DNA of 63,364 nt, the filler included, from Chrysochromulina tobinii (lineage: Eukaryota), in the NCBI GenBank assembly GCA_001275005.1. It is 6 parts of 6 records of this genome, joined end to end, with 100 filler letters (N's around TTAATTAATTAA, not from the genome) between each part and the next. Parts side by side here need not be neighbours in the genome. Positions count along the whole stretch, not along the records: positions 1 to 14,827 come from JWZX01001444.1; 5 more parts are not named here. The stretch is one strand, 5' to 3'. The translations under genes were made by a program, and so were the position numbers. Each line of letters opens with the position of its first letter. The stretch's first letter is position 1. The notes beneath the pieces are model-generated. The model saw only the letters and a program-made list of their open reading frames with translations, searched no databases and was not told the origin of the DNA. Positions 1 through 11,440 of this stretch are shown here, in pieces.

Positions 1-438
1 GCTCGCCGCGCCCCGGACGCGCCCACGGCCGGGCCGGCCCCGACGCACGGCGTCCCCCATGTCGGCCGGTGCGCGTACAACAAACCCGTACGAACCGCGC
101 TCGCCATGGCACTCGCGCGCGTCGCGGCCGTGTGTGCACGACGACGCACAGTGTGTGCGTGGCGGGGCCTGGGTCGGGTGGCGCCACCGGTCTCGGCCTT
201 GGCCCGAGGCAGTCCCGTCTCCGAGACGGACCTCAAACGTAACTGAACACACAGCCGCGCGCATTCGCTCGTCCATCCTCGCACATTCCTCAGACCCCGT
301 GCAAGTGCACCCCATCGTCGACATCCTCCTCGCCCGGCATCTCTTCGCGACGCCTCCGAGCTCCAAGCTGCCCGTGCTCGAGCATGTCGTCGTCCCTAGC
401 GTTGCCCACCAGTCGATGGCTTTCACAGTTGATGGCTT

Positions 439-1869
439 TCACAGTTGAGACATGATGTGCTTGATGCGCGTGTACTCTTCGAAGCCATAGACAGACAGGT
501 CTTTACCATAGCCGCTCTGTTTGAAGCCGCCGTGCGGCATCTCGGCGACAATGGGGATGTGCGTGTTGATCCAGACGCAGCCAAAGTCGAAGGCGAGCGA
601 GCAGCGCATGGCAACGTCGTGCGTTTTGGTCCACACGGACGAGGAGAGGCCGTACTTCGTGCCGTTCGCCATAGCAATCGCCTCGGCCTCGCCATCGAAC
701 TTTTGCACCGTGATCACCGGCCCGAAGATCTCTTCTTGGATGAGCTCGTCGTCTTGCTTCAGGTCAGCGATCACCGTCGGTGGCACGAAGAAGCCCGGGC
801 CCTTGATGGGCTGCCCTCCGCAGACGACCTTAGCGTGCCTGGGCACGCACGAAAGCAGGGCAGACACGCGCTCAAACTGCACCTTGTTGTTCAGAGGGCC
901 GACGAGGATGCCCTCGTCGTGCAGGGTGGTTGCTGTGCCGAGCTTTGCCTCCATGGCTTGCTCTGCCAGGAGCCTCACAAACTCTTCGTACGCAGGCGCC
1001 TCGACAATGACGCGCGTTGCGGCGGTGCAGTCCTGGCCCGCGTTGAAGTACCCCGCGATCGCAATGTCCGCCGCTGCCTTTTTCAGGTCTGCGTCCGCAA
1101 AGACGACCACGGGGGCCTTGCCTCCAAGCTCGAGGTGCGTGCGTACCAAATTAGGAGCTGCCGCGGCCGCAACCTCTTTGCCGGCGCGCACGGATCCGGT
1201 GACGGAGCACAGAGCAGGCGTCGGGTGCCGGACGAGCATCGCGCCAGTCTCCTTGGCGCCGCAGACGACGTTGATGACGCCGGGTGGCAGGATCTCGCCC
1301 ATCAGCTTGGCCATGAGCAGCGTCGATACGGGCGTCGTTTCCGAGGGCTTCAGCACCACGCAGTTGCCCGCAGCGATCGCCGGCGCCCACTTCCACACTG
1401 CCATCATGATAGGATAGTTCCAGGGCGTGACCTGGGCACAGACGCCGATGGGCTCGCGCACGATCATCGAGAACTTGCCCTTCATGTACTCGCCCCCCGA
1501 CCTGCCATCCAGGTTGCGAGCTGCGCCGGCGAAGAAGCGGATCTGGTCGATCATTGGAGGAATCTCCTCAGACAGGAAGAGAGGGCGGGGTTTGCCACAA
1601 TTGCGGCACTCGGCATCGGCGATGGACTCCTTGGCGCTCTCCAGGGCGTCAGCAATCTTGAGGAGCGCCATCATGCGCTCCGACGGCGTCGTCTTCTTCC
1701 ATTTCGCAAATGCTTCTGTCGCGGCAGCCATCGCCATGTCAATGTCCGCCTGGTTTGAGTCGGGTGACGTCGCGTAGACCTCTCCCGTGCTAGGGTCGAT
1801 GATGTCGAGAGTCTTGCTCGAAGCGCTTGGGACCATGTGGCCATTAATGAAGTTCTGCAGCACGAGCAT
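439..1869 (-). CDS. NAD-dependent aldehyde dehydrogenase, gamma-aminobutyraldehyde dehydrogenase (PatD/YdcW)-like, intronless
   Basis: 476-aa ORF with ALDH motifs PWNYP, LKPSE, TGS, LELGGK, catalytic FNAGQDC, EEIFGPV and C-terminal HGGFKQSGYGKDLS. Confidence 0.92.
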   Translation of the reverse strand: MLVLQNFINGHMVPSASSKTLDIIDPSTGEVYATSPDSNQADIDMAMAAATEAFAKWKKTTPSERMMALLKIADALESAKESIADAECRNCGKPRPLFLSEEIPPMIDQIRFFAGAARNLDGRSGGEYMKGKFSMIVREPIGVCAQVTPWNYPIMMAVWKWAPAIAAGNCVVLKPSETTPVSTLLMAKLMGEILPPGVINVVCGAKETGAMLVRHPTPALCSVTGSVRAGKEVAAAAAPNLVRTHLELGGKAPVVVFADADLKKAAADIAIAGYFNAGQDCTAATRVIVEAPAYEEFVRLLAEQAMEAKLGTATTLHDEGILVGPLNNKVQFERVSALLSCVPRHAKVVCGGQPIKGPGFFVPPTVIADLKQDDELIQEEIFGPVITVQKFDGEAEAIAMANGTKYGLSSSVWTKTHDVAMRCSLAFDFGCVWINTHIPIVAEMPHGGFKQSGYGKDLSVYGFEEYTRIKHIMSQL

Positions 1870-2161
1870 TTTTCCGTCCTCTCGTCACGCCAAACATAGA
1901 AGCTTTGACGAAATTTAGGCGTGCTTGTTTTTCCTCGCAGGTGGTCTGAACAGTTGACGTATTGTCCTCTTCAAACAAATTCTTCTGGAAAACCTCTAGG
2001 GCGATTGTTAGACTTTGTACCCCCCGAAGCGCCCCGACGCTCCTTTCCACGCCTCCTCCGTGCGTCACCCGCACGGAGAGGCTTGCGGGTGGACTGGCCG
2101 AGAGGCACTGACACGGAACGGAATTTCTTCCTTCACGCACTCGCGGGAAGAGTCACCGCTC

Positions 2162-2803
2162 ATGGGTCTAATAGCGCCCCCCAGAGCTGTGCAGGAGACG
2201 TGCTTGTGGCAGTTCGCCCACGCTCTTTTTTTCCTCATCGGCGGCATCACTTTCATCTTTGGTACCGCGTGCTACTACTTTCCCGACTGGCCTGAAAGCT
2301 ACCTCACGGGAGGAGTTCTCTACACGATCGGCTCCTGTGGCTTCTTGGGCGTCGACGTCATGGAGCTGTTCACCTACACGTCCAATACAATATTGACCCT
2401 CAACATCTTCATGTCCGCCACCGGATCGTTCCTTTATGTTGTTGGCTCAATTGGTTTCATTCCCGCTGTCTATGAGTCGACGGGGTGGAACTTCGCCGGC
2501 TTCACTCCAGCGACGACGGGCGTCTACGGTTTCATCGCCGGCTCGTTTTTCATCGGCTGCTCGCAGTTTTGGAAGGTGGGGCGCATCATGACCACCACAA
2601 AGGACATGACCGCCGTCGGCGTCGAGCTCAACCCTGGCCTCGGAGCGTGGTGCTTCTTTGTCGGCACTATGATGTACAACAATCCCTACTACCTCGAAAA
2701 CTACTACGGAATCATAGTCAACATCTGGGAGGTCGGCTCGGTCCTGTTCACCATGGGAGCGCTCTTCCTAACCTTTCGCCACTTTGTGATGGGCGTTGCA
2801 TAG
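2162..2803 (+). CDS. YrhK-like multi-pass membrane protein
   Basis: Starts at ATG 2162 (MGLIAPP). Repeated hydrophobic hairpins FLIGGITFIFGT..YF / YTIGS.GF / YVVGSIGF / FIAGSFF. Confidence 0.6.
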   Translation: MGLIAPPRAVQETCLWQFAHALFFLIGGITFIFGTACYYFPDWPESYLTGGVLYTIGSCGFLGVDVMELFTYTSNTILTLNIFMSATGSFLYVVGSIGFIPAVYESTGWNFAGFTPATTGVYGFIAGSFFIGCSQFWKVGRIMTTTKDMTAVGVELNPGLGAWCFFVGTMMYNNPYYLENYYGIIVNIWEVGSVLFTMGALFLTFRHFVMGVA

Positions 2804-3436
2804 AAACGAGCTTCGCAGCGCCGCGTCGTCTGGTCCTTCGTCCCCTCCGAGTCGATCCCGTGGCTGTTTTTGCAGTTTGGTCTCCGCAGCTCTCGCATCC
2901 GTCGGTTTCGAGACGCGTGCGAGTCTGAAAGCCGGACGGAGCCAGGCCCAGGGGCGGTGGGAGGTGTAGCTTGAGCGACCACGCGCGGATATGGCGGATC
3001 GGCGAGGTGCTTTCTTTGGCGTGTGAGGATCGACGGAGAGTTTCAGTTTGTAGTCGCAGCTGTGACAAGCTGTGACGTAAAACGTACGTTGACGCCACGA
3101 CGGTGCTCACGACGCGCGGCACAATCAAGAATCATCCTCGCTGCAACCCGGCATGAGCCGCACCCGACCGGTCCCGTCCGACGATAAAGTGTGGCCCCCA
3201 CGAGTCCCACATACGGTACTGCGCATCTCAGACGCTCCGAGGCTCTAACCGCTCCTGTGCGCACGCGTGCAACGGTCGAGTTGAGCCTAGTTGAGCCTAA
3301 TTGAGCCTAATTGAGCACCGCTCCATGTCATGTTGTGCAAACCTGTGCGGTGAGGCCCCGCGGGGGAACCGTCGAGGCTAACCGCAGACACATTTCACCT
3401 GGGCTTCCCACGTGCGGCCACGATTCATGAGCGCAG

Positions 3437-4035
3437 TCACCCTGGTGCGCCCAGCCTACTCCAGTTTACGGTGCTCAAGCACGGCATGAGAGGAAACACG
3501 ACGCTCAACCCGATCACGATAGGGCGGCATGGTATGGCAAGCACATAAGAGGGCTGTTCGTCCTCGGAATGGTAGTCGGGCAGCGTGTCGAGCAGGACCT
3601 TGAGCTGGTCGAGATTTCGCAACTCAACAGGCAGCTGCGCAGTGACCTGCGGGTGCACAATGAGCTCAAAGAAGGTTTGCAATGCCTGCTGGAAGTTTTG
3701 AACCGAGAGCCCTTCAATTGTGGGTGGAGTGAGATTCGGCGCATGCAAGGGGCCCGGAGGCACCGGCGGGATAGCGCCACGGTTCGGTCGATTGGGTCCA
3801 CCAGGAACTGCCGGCATGCCAGGCACAAGCAAGCGGCGGTGAGATTGGATGCTGCAAGGCCGGTTGTGACAGGAGCACCAGCGGGCTGTGTTGCACCTAT
3901 ATACTTTCCAACGTGGCCGCAGATATCGCACTTGACTCCTTGCACGTGGTTGTGGCCGCAGACGTCGCATATAGGGTCTCTTTCGCGCTTCGCGAGAGCC
4001 TTCGTATCAGCCGTGCAGAACGTGCCGTTCAACAT
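3437..4035 (-). CDS. Hypothetical protein with tandem CxxCGH zinc-ribbon motifs, probably spliced
   Basis: CDVCGHNHVQGVKCDICGHVG in one frame. A GT..AG intron at about 3897-3809 would join it to the globular-looking 3437 frame. Confidence 0.4.
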
Positions 4036-4503
4036 GATCGGTGGTGATTCGCGCTTCGTGCATCGCTGCGTGTCGGTCGTGAAGAACAGTGCTTCACACC
4101 ACATGTTTTCAACAAAATTCGCCGATACCGACACAGACATGAATATCTCCAAGCGGAAGCGCGGCACCTCCTTAATTAATAGCGGGCGCCCCGCCCGCTT
4201 CGCGCTTGCTGGCCTCACCTGCCAGTTGTCATGTAACTTGTAAGCGCGCCACCCCGCCGGGCGCGCTCACATGAGCGCCGCTGTACTGTGTCGGACCCGT
4301 TTGAATTTGTTCGACACATCGCACTCAGACAGACACACGGGACACGGCACGTTAGCCATAAAGTTAGCCATACTTGTGGTTGTGCGCCGAGCGGAGTAGT
4401 TACAGCTTTTTCACATTTCCGTCGGCGTAGCGCGCCTGAGTGCGTCAAGAGGCACCAAGTCGACGGTGACGGCCAGATCTGCCACCCTCACATGGTCTCT
4501 CTC

Positions 4504-5364
4504 TCAGTAGTACATGCCGCGTCGGCGGCGCCCGCCGCCAAGCACATTCTGCACGAGGTTCATAAACATGAGCATCTGGAACATGTCCATATTGCGAACG
4601 GAGTGGAAGAAGTGTCCGAGCGACCAGCCGTTGGCCGTATTGCCGCCGCCGAGCCGCCACACCATGTTTGCGAGCATTGCCGCGCCGAGCATGAACGAGA
4701 GGTCAAAGCCTGAGCCAAAGCCAAACACGCCTCCGCCGCCACTCCGATCGATCCCGTAGCTGCTACCACCGCTCCCGTACCCACCAGGCCCAGACGAGGA
4801 CTTGCCAGTGCGCCCTGTGCCCGCGGTCGTGGCCGCGGAGCCGAAGCCGATGAGCTGCCACCAGACGAGCAAGGCCGCGGCGACAACAAAGAAGCCTGCC
4901 TGCACTGGCGACAGCTGGACGCCGATAGCTCGCCCCAGGACCTCGGCCGCCTGATCTGCGGCGAAGTAGGCTGCTGGCACGATGCCGCCGTGCTTCGCCG
5001 CCGCCGAGTGCACGAGCACAACTAGGCCACATGCAAGCGCTGCATTCATCAAGCTCCACTGGAAGACAAGCACGAGCACAGCTCCGACGACCATTGCGAC
5101 GTGCCTGGGCTCGACGCCGGCGAGATTCGGCATTGCTGGCATTGCTGGCCGCGCTGCAGCACCGCCGCCACCACCAGCTCCGTCACCGCCACCTCCAATC
5201 ACGCGCAAGTTGGCTGGTTTGAGTGCTACAGTCTCGCCACTGTTGGTGAGGATGACGTGGTAGCGCCCTGAGGCGTGATCTAGTTCAATGGCACGGCCAC
5301 GCCTTCCGTTGAGCTCTGGCTTCGAGGCGAGGCCGTGCACTTCGACCATGCAAGGCGTCTGCAT
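4504..5364 (-). CDS. Hypothetical membrane protein with an N-terminal SH3-like barrel
   Basis: VEVHGLASKPELNGRRG...GRYHV...LKPANL module common in algal proteins, followed by hydrophobic segments and Gly-rich linkers. Confidence 0.6.
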   Translation of the reverse strand: MQTPCMVEVHGLASKPELNGRRGRAIELDHASGRYHVILTNSGETVALKPANLRVIGGGGDGAGGGGGAAARPAMPAMPNLAGVEPRHVAMVVGAVLVLVFQWSLMNAALACGLVVLVHSAAAKHGGIVPAAYFAADQAAEVLGRAIGVQLSPVQAGFFVVAAALLVWWQLIGFGSAATTAGTGRTGKSSSGPGGYGSGGSSYGIDRSGGGGVFGFGSGFDLSFMLGAAMLANMVWRLGGGNTANGWSLGHFFHSVRNMDMFQMLMFMNLVQNVLGGGRRRRGMYY

Positions 5365-5491
5365 CGCTCGTGGTGATCCGCGTATACTGTGCCAGGTTGG
5401 GAGTCACGCACGTCTCGATGCTCAACAGTGTGACGAAACTGTGGGTTGCGCTTAAGTTTGTTGGCACGAGGAGGCTGAGACGACTGCAAAC

Positions 5492-6574
5492 TTACTTGGG
5501 CTCGGGCGGCGGGCCGCCCGAGAAAACCGACCACGGCAGAAGCCAGTCGGGCACCGCAGACTTCATCCAGTCGGGGACTGGCTTCCCGCTCTCGCGTTCG
5601 ATGGCCGGGAAGACAAAGTTTGGAGCGAGATACTTGAGCGAGCGGATGGAGGGCGGCACGGAGCCATCGTCCTCGGCAAACCCGAGCTCCTTTGCGAGCT
5701 CGGCCACCACAGCTACCTTGCCCGAATACTTGGTCAGCAGCACGTCGGCGCCCAGGCCGGCGAGCGCACACACGGCCTTTCCGGACAGTGCGGGGGTCTC
5801 GCCAGTCATCAAGTCGAGGCCACCGCTCGCCGCCGCCCACGTCCCCTGTTTCTCCATCTCCAGATTGCCCTCAGTCTTCACTACGCCTGGATACAGGGAG
5901 ATCGTCCCGATCCGGTGCTTGGCGAGCTGGAAGGCCATGTCTGAGGCGAGCCGATCGATGGCGGCCTTGCCCACACCGTAGGCGACGTTGAAGGTGTATG
6001 ACTTGCCTCCAAACGAGCTCACCAGGATCACCAGAGGCGGCGGGCCGTCGCTAGCGCCGCTACTCCGGCTGCTCTCTAGGAGCGCCGGCATCGCATGGAG
6101 GCATGTGGCGTACACGCCACGAAGCCCAACGTTGTTGCATGCATCCCACATCTCCATGCCTTGGGTCCAAAACTCGCCTCGTAGATCGCCGGGCGGCGTC
6201 GTGTACGCCGAGCAAACAAGGATGTCGATCTTGCCACCTTGCTCGGCAGAGATCTTCAAGAGCGAGTTTCGGATCTCTGCATCGTTGCTGGTATCGCACG
6301 CAAGTCCGTGGCCGACCCCTCCCGCCGCAGTCACCGCCTCAGCTGTGCTTTCGACCGTCAGATCAAGCCCAGCTGCGACTGGCCGATCTCTTGTCTGCCG
6401 ACCTCTAGAGGACCGACCGAGCGCATACACAGTGTGGCCCAACCGGCCGAGTTCGATTGCGATGCCGCGACCGATGCCGCGAGTGGCGCCTGTGACTACG
6501 GCCACGCGGGCAGAGCACGCAGGTGGCAGCGCGAGTGCGCAAAGCGCGGCTAGAAGTGGGCTGTGGCCCAACAT
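5492..6574 (-). CDS. Short-chain dehydrogenase/reductase, DHRS1-like
   Basis: VAVVTGATRGIGRGIA, SSFGG..YTFNVAYGVGKAAIDRL (YxxxK) and LYPGVVKTE. Signal-like N-terminus from ATG 6574. Confidence 0.88.
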   Translation of the reverse strand: MLGHSPLLAALCALALPPACSARVAVVTGATRGIGRGIAIELGRLGHTVYALGRSSRGRQTRDRPVAAGLDLTVESTAEAVTAAGGVGHGLACDTSNDAEIRNSLLKISAEQGGKIDILVCSAYTTPPGDLRGEFWTQGMEMWDACNNVGLRGVYATCLHAMPALLESSRSSGASDGPPPLVILVSSFGGKSYTFNVAYGVGKAAIDRLASDMAFQLAKHRIGTISLYPGVVKTEGNLEMEKQGTWAAASGGLDLMTGETPALSGKAVCALAGLGADVLLTKYSGKVAVVAELAKELGFAEDDGSVPPSIRSLKYLAPNFVFPAIERESGKPVPDWMKSAVPDWLLPWSVFSGGPPPEPK

Positions 6575-7997
6575 CGTAAGGGTCGGTTCGGCACAGGATT
6601 GGACTTCCGAGGTCGCAACTGATTCGAGCCCAACCAAAGCTAGGGACGACACCGGGTGACTACCCTGAGTGGTCCCGGCTATTTTTTTCATGGAAAAATG
6701 ACATTCACACTTGTGCCTCCTATGAACCCACGTTAAATGCGGGACTGGCCGCCATCGCCGCCGTCGTGCGCTTGCTGCTCCATGTTCGCGCCACGCCGCA
6801 GCCCCCGTCGTGGCACGTACCCGCAGCCGGTGTGTGGGCAGCGCTACGCCGCCTCAACACCGCACTTGCGCTCGACCTGAGCCCGTTTGGAGCTCGGGAA
6901 GCAAACGCCGCCTGGAAGGTACTCGATGAGCACGGTGTGGCAGTCAGACGAGCGGAGCTTTGCACGCGCTGTTCTCCCCTGCCCCGTATACCCATTTCTG
7001 ACCTGGAACCGAACCGCGAGGTTGTGTCGCGCCCGCAGGCTGACGGAGAGCGGCATCCTCAAGACCTTGCAGCACTCACCGCACCTGCACCACGGCTGAT
7101 GGCTGGCCAGGGACGTGGACGAGGCGCTGCTGGTGGCATCGCCAACAAGCTACTTCGCGTACTAGCTCATTGCGTTGTGGGATGAACTCGCGTCGGCGCT
7201 TGATGGTCTTTAGCTCTGGTCCGTGTGGATGGTCTTTAGCTCTGGTCCGTGTGACACAGCCGTGCGGGACTGCAGGCTCCATGGGCACGAAGATGACCTG
7301 CATGAGGCTCCGATCACGACGCCATAGACGCCAGCTGGCGGGCTAGGCGCGAAGGAACCCCCAGTTAGTGTGCAGCTGCCACAGTTGCCCGCTCAGAATC
7401 CGCCCTGTGCACTGACGGATGCGTCGGCTGTGGTTGAATCTGCGAAGCAAGCCGCCTGAGCTCCGATCCTAGGTGTCTCTAGCCGTTATGTAATCTTTGA
7501 CATGCATGTGTGGGGAAACAGCAGCTGCTCTTCCCAAGCCTATCGAGTATCGTACCCTGAACCCGCAACCCTGTGAAACCCTTAAGAGAACCGGCCTACC
7601 GCGGCGCGGCGGCGCCAAACCCTGTCGTGTCTCGTGTGACGCCTCCCGAGACTCCCGTCGTCCGGCGTCGAAGCCGCGCCCGGCCGTCACAAAAACTTTA
7701 CCTGTGTACATGTGTGCATATTTTCGCGTATCGCGACGCTGAAGGTAAAGGCCTAAAGTTGTACACATATATACAGTTGTACACGTCGGTCTCGGAATGA
7801 ACCTCGACGGACCCGACCCCTGTGCGCCCTGTACACCGAATCTCAGGCAAGCACAGTATCGCGCTATCCGAACGTGACCTGCGCACGTGAAGCTCTCGCG
7901 CTGTACATGCCAAGTGCCAGAGCCGCGCATTTACAACCGGAGCGTGGCACCCACGATCCATGTGAAGCTGGCAGCTGCGCCACAGCATCCTCCTGCC

Positions 7998-8456
7998 TTA
8001 TGGCGTGCGCATGATAATTGCCTCCCCCATCGGCGTGCGCGCCGTGCGCACGTTGCTCCGCACAGCTCTCGGCCGGCTCAACGCCGAAGGCGACGCACCT
8101 GCGAGGGAGGTCCATACATGCGTTGGTACGGTATCGGAGATCGGGCTTGCGTGTGATGTGATGTGTGCGCGTGCGTACTTGACACGAGCATAGTACTCAA
8201 GCAGGAAGTGCCGTTCTCTGAAAATCTGCACAGTCTCTCCTGTCAAGCGTTTGATGCCCGCCTTCAAGGTCGCAGCCTTATCGCCTGTGAGGCAGCCACA
8301 CTCGGACAGCAGCGCATCGAGGTCCTCTTGGCTGAGGCCGAAGCGGACGCAGAGTGCGCTGGCATCGTTGCTCGCCACCATGCAAGGCAGCGCCTCAAGG
8401 GCATACTGCACGCCGTCCGACAGACCATGCTCGCTTCTGTGCACGAAGACCGTCAT
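7998..8456 (-). CDS. Hypothetical protein
   Basis: Protein-like composition from ATG 8456. No recognisable domain and the 3' end is uncertain. Confidence 0.3.
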   Translation of the reverse strand: MTVFVHRSEHGLSDGVQYALEALPCMVASNDASALCVRFGLSQEDLDALLSECGCLTGDKAATLKAGIKRLTGETVQIFRERHFLLEYYARVKYARAHITSHASPISDTVPTHVWTSLAGASPSALSRPRAVRSNVRTARTPMGEAIIMRTP

Positions 8457-9000
8457 GGCCTCGAGTGATGTCACGCTGCAGGAGAAACGACGTAGGTGGC
8501 GGAGAACAGCCGGTGAGCTCGCAGGCTTCGCCGCGATGGAAGAGGGCTTAGTGTGATCGATGGCGGGTGCCGTGCGGCAGCTCACCTGCGCCGCGCCTGC
8601 TCGTTGGCGCGAGTGCTCATGATGAGGGTCGACCACCGACGCCAGCTTGGGCGTCGGGGTCCGTCGTCGGGGGTCCGAAGACACAGTGACGAAGGGCGAA
8701 TTTTGCATTCACAGTCCGTCTGGGCTGAGAATGAGGATTGTACTTGAACAAACCACAGATTCCGAAAGCCCCAAGCACCCCGATGATAGCCCTGGGGTCT
8801 GTGCAAGTACAGTCAGTTGTTTAAAATTAAGTCTCATCACGTTGTGAATCGACCCGTAAAGCTCTCTCCGCATGTTTCAATCCAATTAAAGAATTGTTTC
8901 TGTGACAAATGAGCTCATCGGGGAAGTGCATGAGTGTTGCTGCATGTTTCCCCCATTTTTGTCCTGCAAAACCCCCGAGATCATTCACGCGGGAACGAAA

Positions 9001-9999
9001 ATGTTCGTGGCCGCCCGCCGCCTCGCTAGCCACGGCCGCCTCGCAAGGCTCTCAACAGCAGCGGCGCCCCTGTACGCACCGTTGGTCGGAGAGCACGTTC
9101 ACCCGACAGCGGTGATCGAGCCAGGTGCGAGGCTCGGCAGCGGCGTCAGCGTCGGCCCATTCTGCGTGGTCGGTAATGACGTGGTACTCGGCGACGGCGT
9201 GCGGCTCGAGTCGCACGTACGTGTCGCCGGTCACACGGTTGTCGGTGCTGGCAGCGTTATACACGCGTTCGTCACGCTCGGAGCCACGCCGCAGGACCTC
9301 AAGTACGCGGGAGAGCCATCGCACTTGATCATCGGTGAGCGGTGCCGGATCGCCGAATACGCGCTGCTGAGCGGCGGCACGGCGGTTGGCGGCGGTGTCA
9401 CCTCGCTCGGTGACGGCTGCTTCATCATGTCGCACTGCCACGTGGCACACGATTGCCACCTCGGCCACGACGTGCTCCTCGCATCGAACGCCGCGCTCGC
9501 TGGCCACGTTCAGGTGGGCGACGGCGCGCGCATCTCAGGTTATGCGTGCGTGCAGCAGCGGGTGAGCGTTGGCAGCGGTGCCTTCGTCGGCGGCGGATCG
9601 GTGCTCGCACATGACCTAATTCCGTACGGTCTGGCCGTCGGTAACCGAGCGCAACTGCTCTCGATCAACTTGCGCGGGCTGCGACGGCAGCATGCGTCGC
9701 CAGCGGAACAGCGTGCGCTGCTATCGACATATCGCTACTTGTTTGACGTGACGTCTGTGGGATTTTACGAGGCGCTGCCGTTGCAGCCGCTGCCAACGCT
9801 TCGTCAGCGGGCCGAATGCGTACTGGAAGACGATGTGGCTGAGTATCCTCGTGTTCGCCAGCTCCTCCGCTTCGTGCTCGGTCAGCGATCGGTCGTCACG
9901 CAATCTGGAAGCGGAGCCGAGGCTGTGCCGCTCTCACACCGCGCGCTCTGCCTGCCACCAATACGGACCAGCCGTGGGCTGCACGACGGCTTGAGCTGA
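9001..9999 (+). CDS. lpxA: Acyl-ACP--UDP-N-acetylglucosamine O-acyltransferase with predicted mitochondrial presequence
   Basis: HPTAVIE hexapeptide repeats, PQDLKYAGE, HVAHDC, NAALAGHV and C-terminal INLRGLRR helix. N-terminus MFVAARRLASHGRLARLS is Arg/Ala-rich with no acidic residues. Confidence 0.9.
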   Translation: MFVAARRLASHGRLARLSTAAAPLYAPLVGEHVHPTAVIEPGARLGSGVSVGPFCVVGNDVVLGDGVRLESHVRVAGHTVVGAGSVIHAFVTLGATPQDLKYAGEPSHLIIGERCRIAEYALLSGGTAVGGGVTSLGDGCFIMSHCHVAHDCHLGHDVLLASNAALAGHVQVGDGARISGYACVQQRVSVGSGAFVGGGSVLAHDLIPYGLAVGNRAQLLSINLRGLRRQHASPAEQRALLSTYRYLFDVTSVGFYEALPLQPLPTLRQRAECVLEDDVAEYPRVRQLLRFVLGQRSVVTQSGSGAEAVPLSHRALCLPPIRTSRGLHDGLS

Positions 10000-10206
10000 T
10001 CTCGTCGCTAGACGAAGTGGAGAGACTCAGACTGTCATGCCAGCACGGCTGTGAGCAACCCCGAGCCCTCGGTTCTCAATAGTGTGTGTTCGATGGTAGC
10101 CTGCGAATCAGACATGGGCATATGTACGTCTCTAAAAGGAGGTGTATTAAGATGTCTCAGTTACTATGGACGTGAGGCCTTTACTTGAAGATCTTGTTAC
10201 AATGTA

Positions 10207-10386
10207 TTACGCTTTGGATTTCTGCTTCAGAGCGGCGGGGCTCTTGACGACTGTCGCTGGGCCCTTCCCTTGCCGCTGCGCCTTTGAGATGTCCTGCTGC
10301 TGAACCTTCGGCTTGGGCTTGGTTTGTCTCTCCACTTTTGCAGCTTTTAAGCCTTGCATTCGAAACGCCTTGGCCGACTTGCCCAT
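10207..10386 (-). CDS. Possible small basic (Lys-rich) protein
   Basis: MGKSAKAFRMQGLKAAKVERQ... short highly basic ORF, no homology recognised. Confidence 0.3.
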   Translation of the reverse strand: MGKSAKAFRMQGLKAAKVERQTKPKPKVQQQDISKAQRQGKGPATVVKSPAALKQKSKA

Positions 10387-10618
10387 TGTGCACGCTTTTG
10401 CCACACCTTTTTCGAAGGCCCCGGATGAGACGCGTGTGCGTAGACGTTGTCGTGAGCACTAGAAGGAACCAAAAGCAGTAAGTGTTGAACGCATGGGTCG
10501 CTGGCTGTGGGAGGACGATAGAAAATTCCTCCCAATACGCTTGCACGAACTACGCTGTGAATTATGCGTCATCATGAGGGCACACCTTTGCCGCGCCGCC
10601 AACCCAAAGGGCGTGCTC

Positions 10619-11440
10619 ATGTCACACTCATGTGCCGCGCCCACAATCGTGACTCACTCGGACGATGCCACGTTCAACCCGGCGGCGGAGCTGACGACAA
10701 CGAAGCTCCATGAGAGCATCCTCGAGTTGCGTACTCTTGCTGCTGCAATTGAGACGCAGATCCTCGAGGGCTTGGCATCACCGCACGCGGCAGGCCGCTC
10801 GTTGAAGCAGCACGTGGATACGTTGCAGACTGCCTTGGAGCTCAAACAACGGAGTGTGCAGGTGCTGCGCCTTCGTGCGCACTTCTCTCCGGCAAACGAG
10901 CTGCAACTCGAGGAGAGACAGGGATTTGGCCGCTGTGTCTCGATTCGGCGACAGCTGGCTACTATTCTGACCGAGACCGCCGTAGATCCGGCGAGCGAGG
11001 CCGTGCCCGCCACGCGCGCCGCGGAGACGACGGCGACACGCTCCGATGGCGACACGCAGCAACCCGATGGCTGGGGCCATGTAGCGGCGCTCATCTCCGA
11101 GATCGCCTGTGAGCTCCCTACGCTACAGGCTCGGATGAACGAGTCATTCGAGCTCAGCCTAGCGCTGCAGCGCGACGCCGCAGCCGTCGACGCTGAACGC
11201 TCGAGCCATGAGGCGGCAGAGCTCGCTGAGCTGTTGGACCAGGTTGAGGCTGCCAAGGCCGAGTTGGCGAGGTTGCGAGAGGGTCGTGCGGGCACCGGTA
11301 GCTCGAGGGCCGACGAGATTGCCTTGGACAAGCTCCTTGGCCGATTGCAGAACGAGGCAAGCTCGCTGCTCCAAACCAAGGTCGAGCTCGAAGACGAAGT
11401 GGCGTCGCTTCGGCGCACGCTACGTGCGGTGACGGAATGA
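10619..11440 (+). CDS. Hypothetical coiled-coil protein
   Basis: Long ORF with heptad Leu/Glu-rich segments. Confidence 0.5.
   Translation: MSHSCAAPTIVTHSDDATFNPAAELTTTKLHESILELRTLAAAIETQILEGLASPHAAGRSLKQHVDTLQTALELKQRSVQVLRLRAHFSPANELQLEERQGFGRCVSIRRQLATILTETAVDPASEAVPATRAAETTATRSDGDTQQPDGWGHVAALISEIACELPTLQARMNESFELSLALQRDAAAVDAERSSHEAAELAELLDQVEAAKAELARLREGRAGTGSSRADEIALDKLLGRLQNEASSLLQTKVELEDEVASLRRTLRAVTE

Noticed and set aside
445..1758. Long antisense and overlapping ORFs here and throughout the window
   Set aside because: Shadow ORFs caused by high GC and codon bias
7203..7253. Short tandem duplications (26 bp here, 10-mers at ~3283-3317, 14-mers at ~12088-12125)
   Set aside because: Isolated slippage-type repeats with no cassette or splice context
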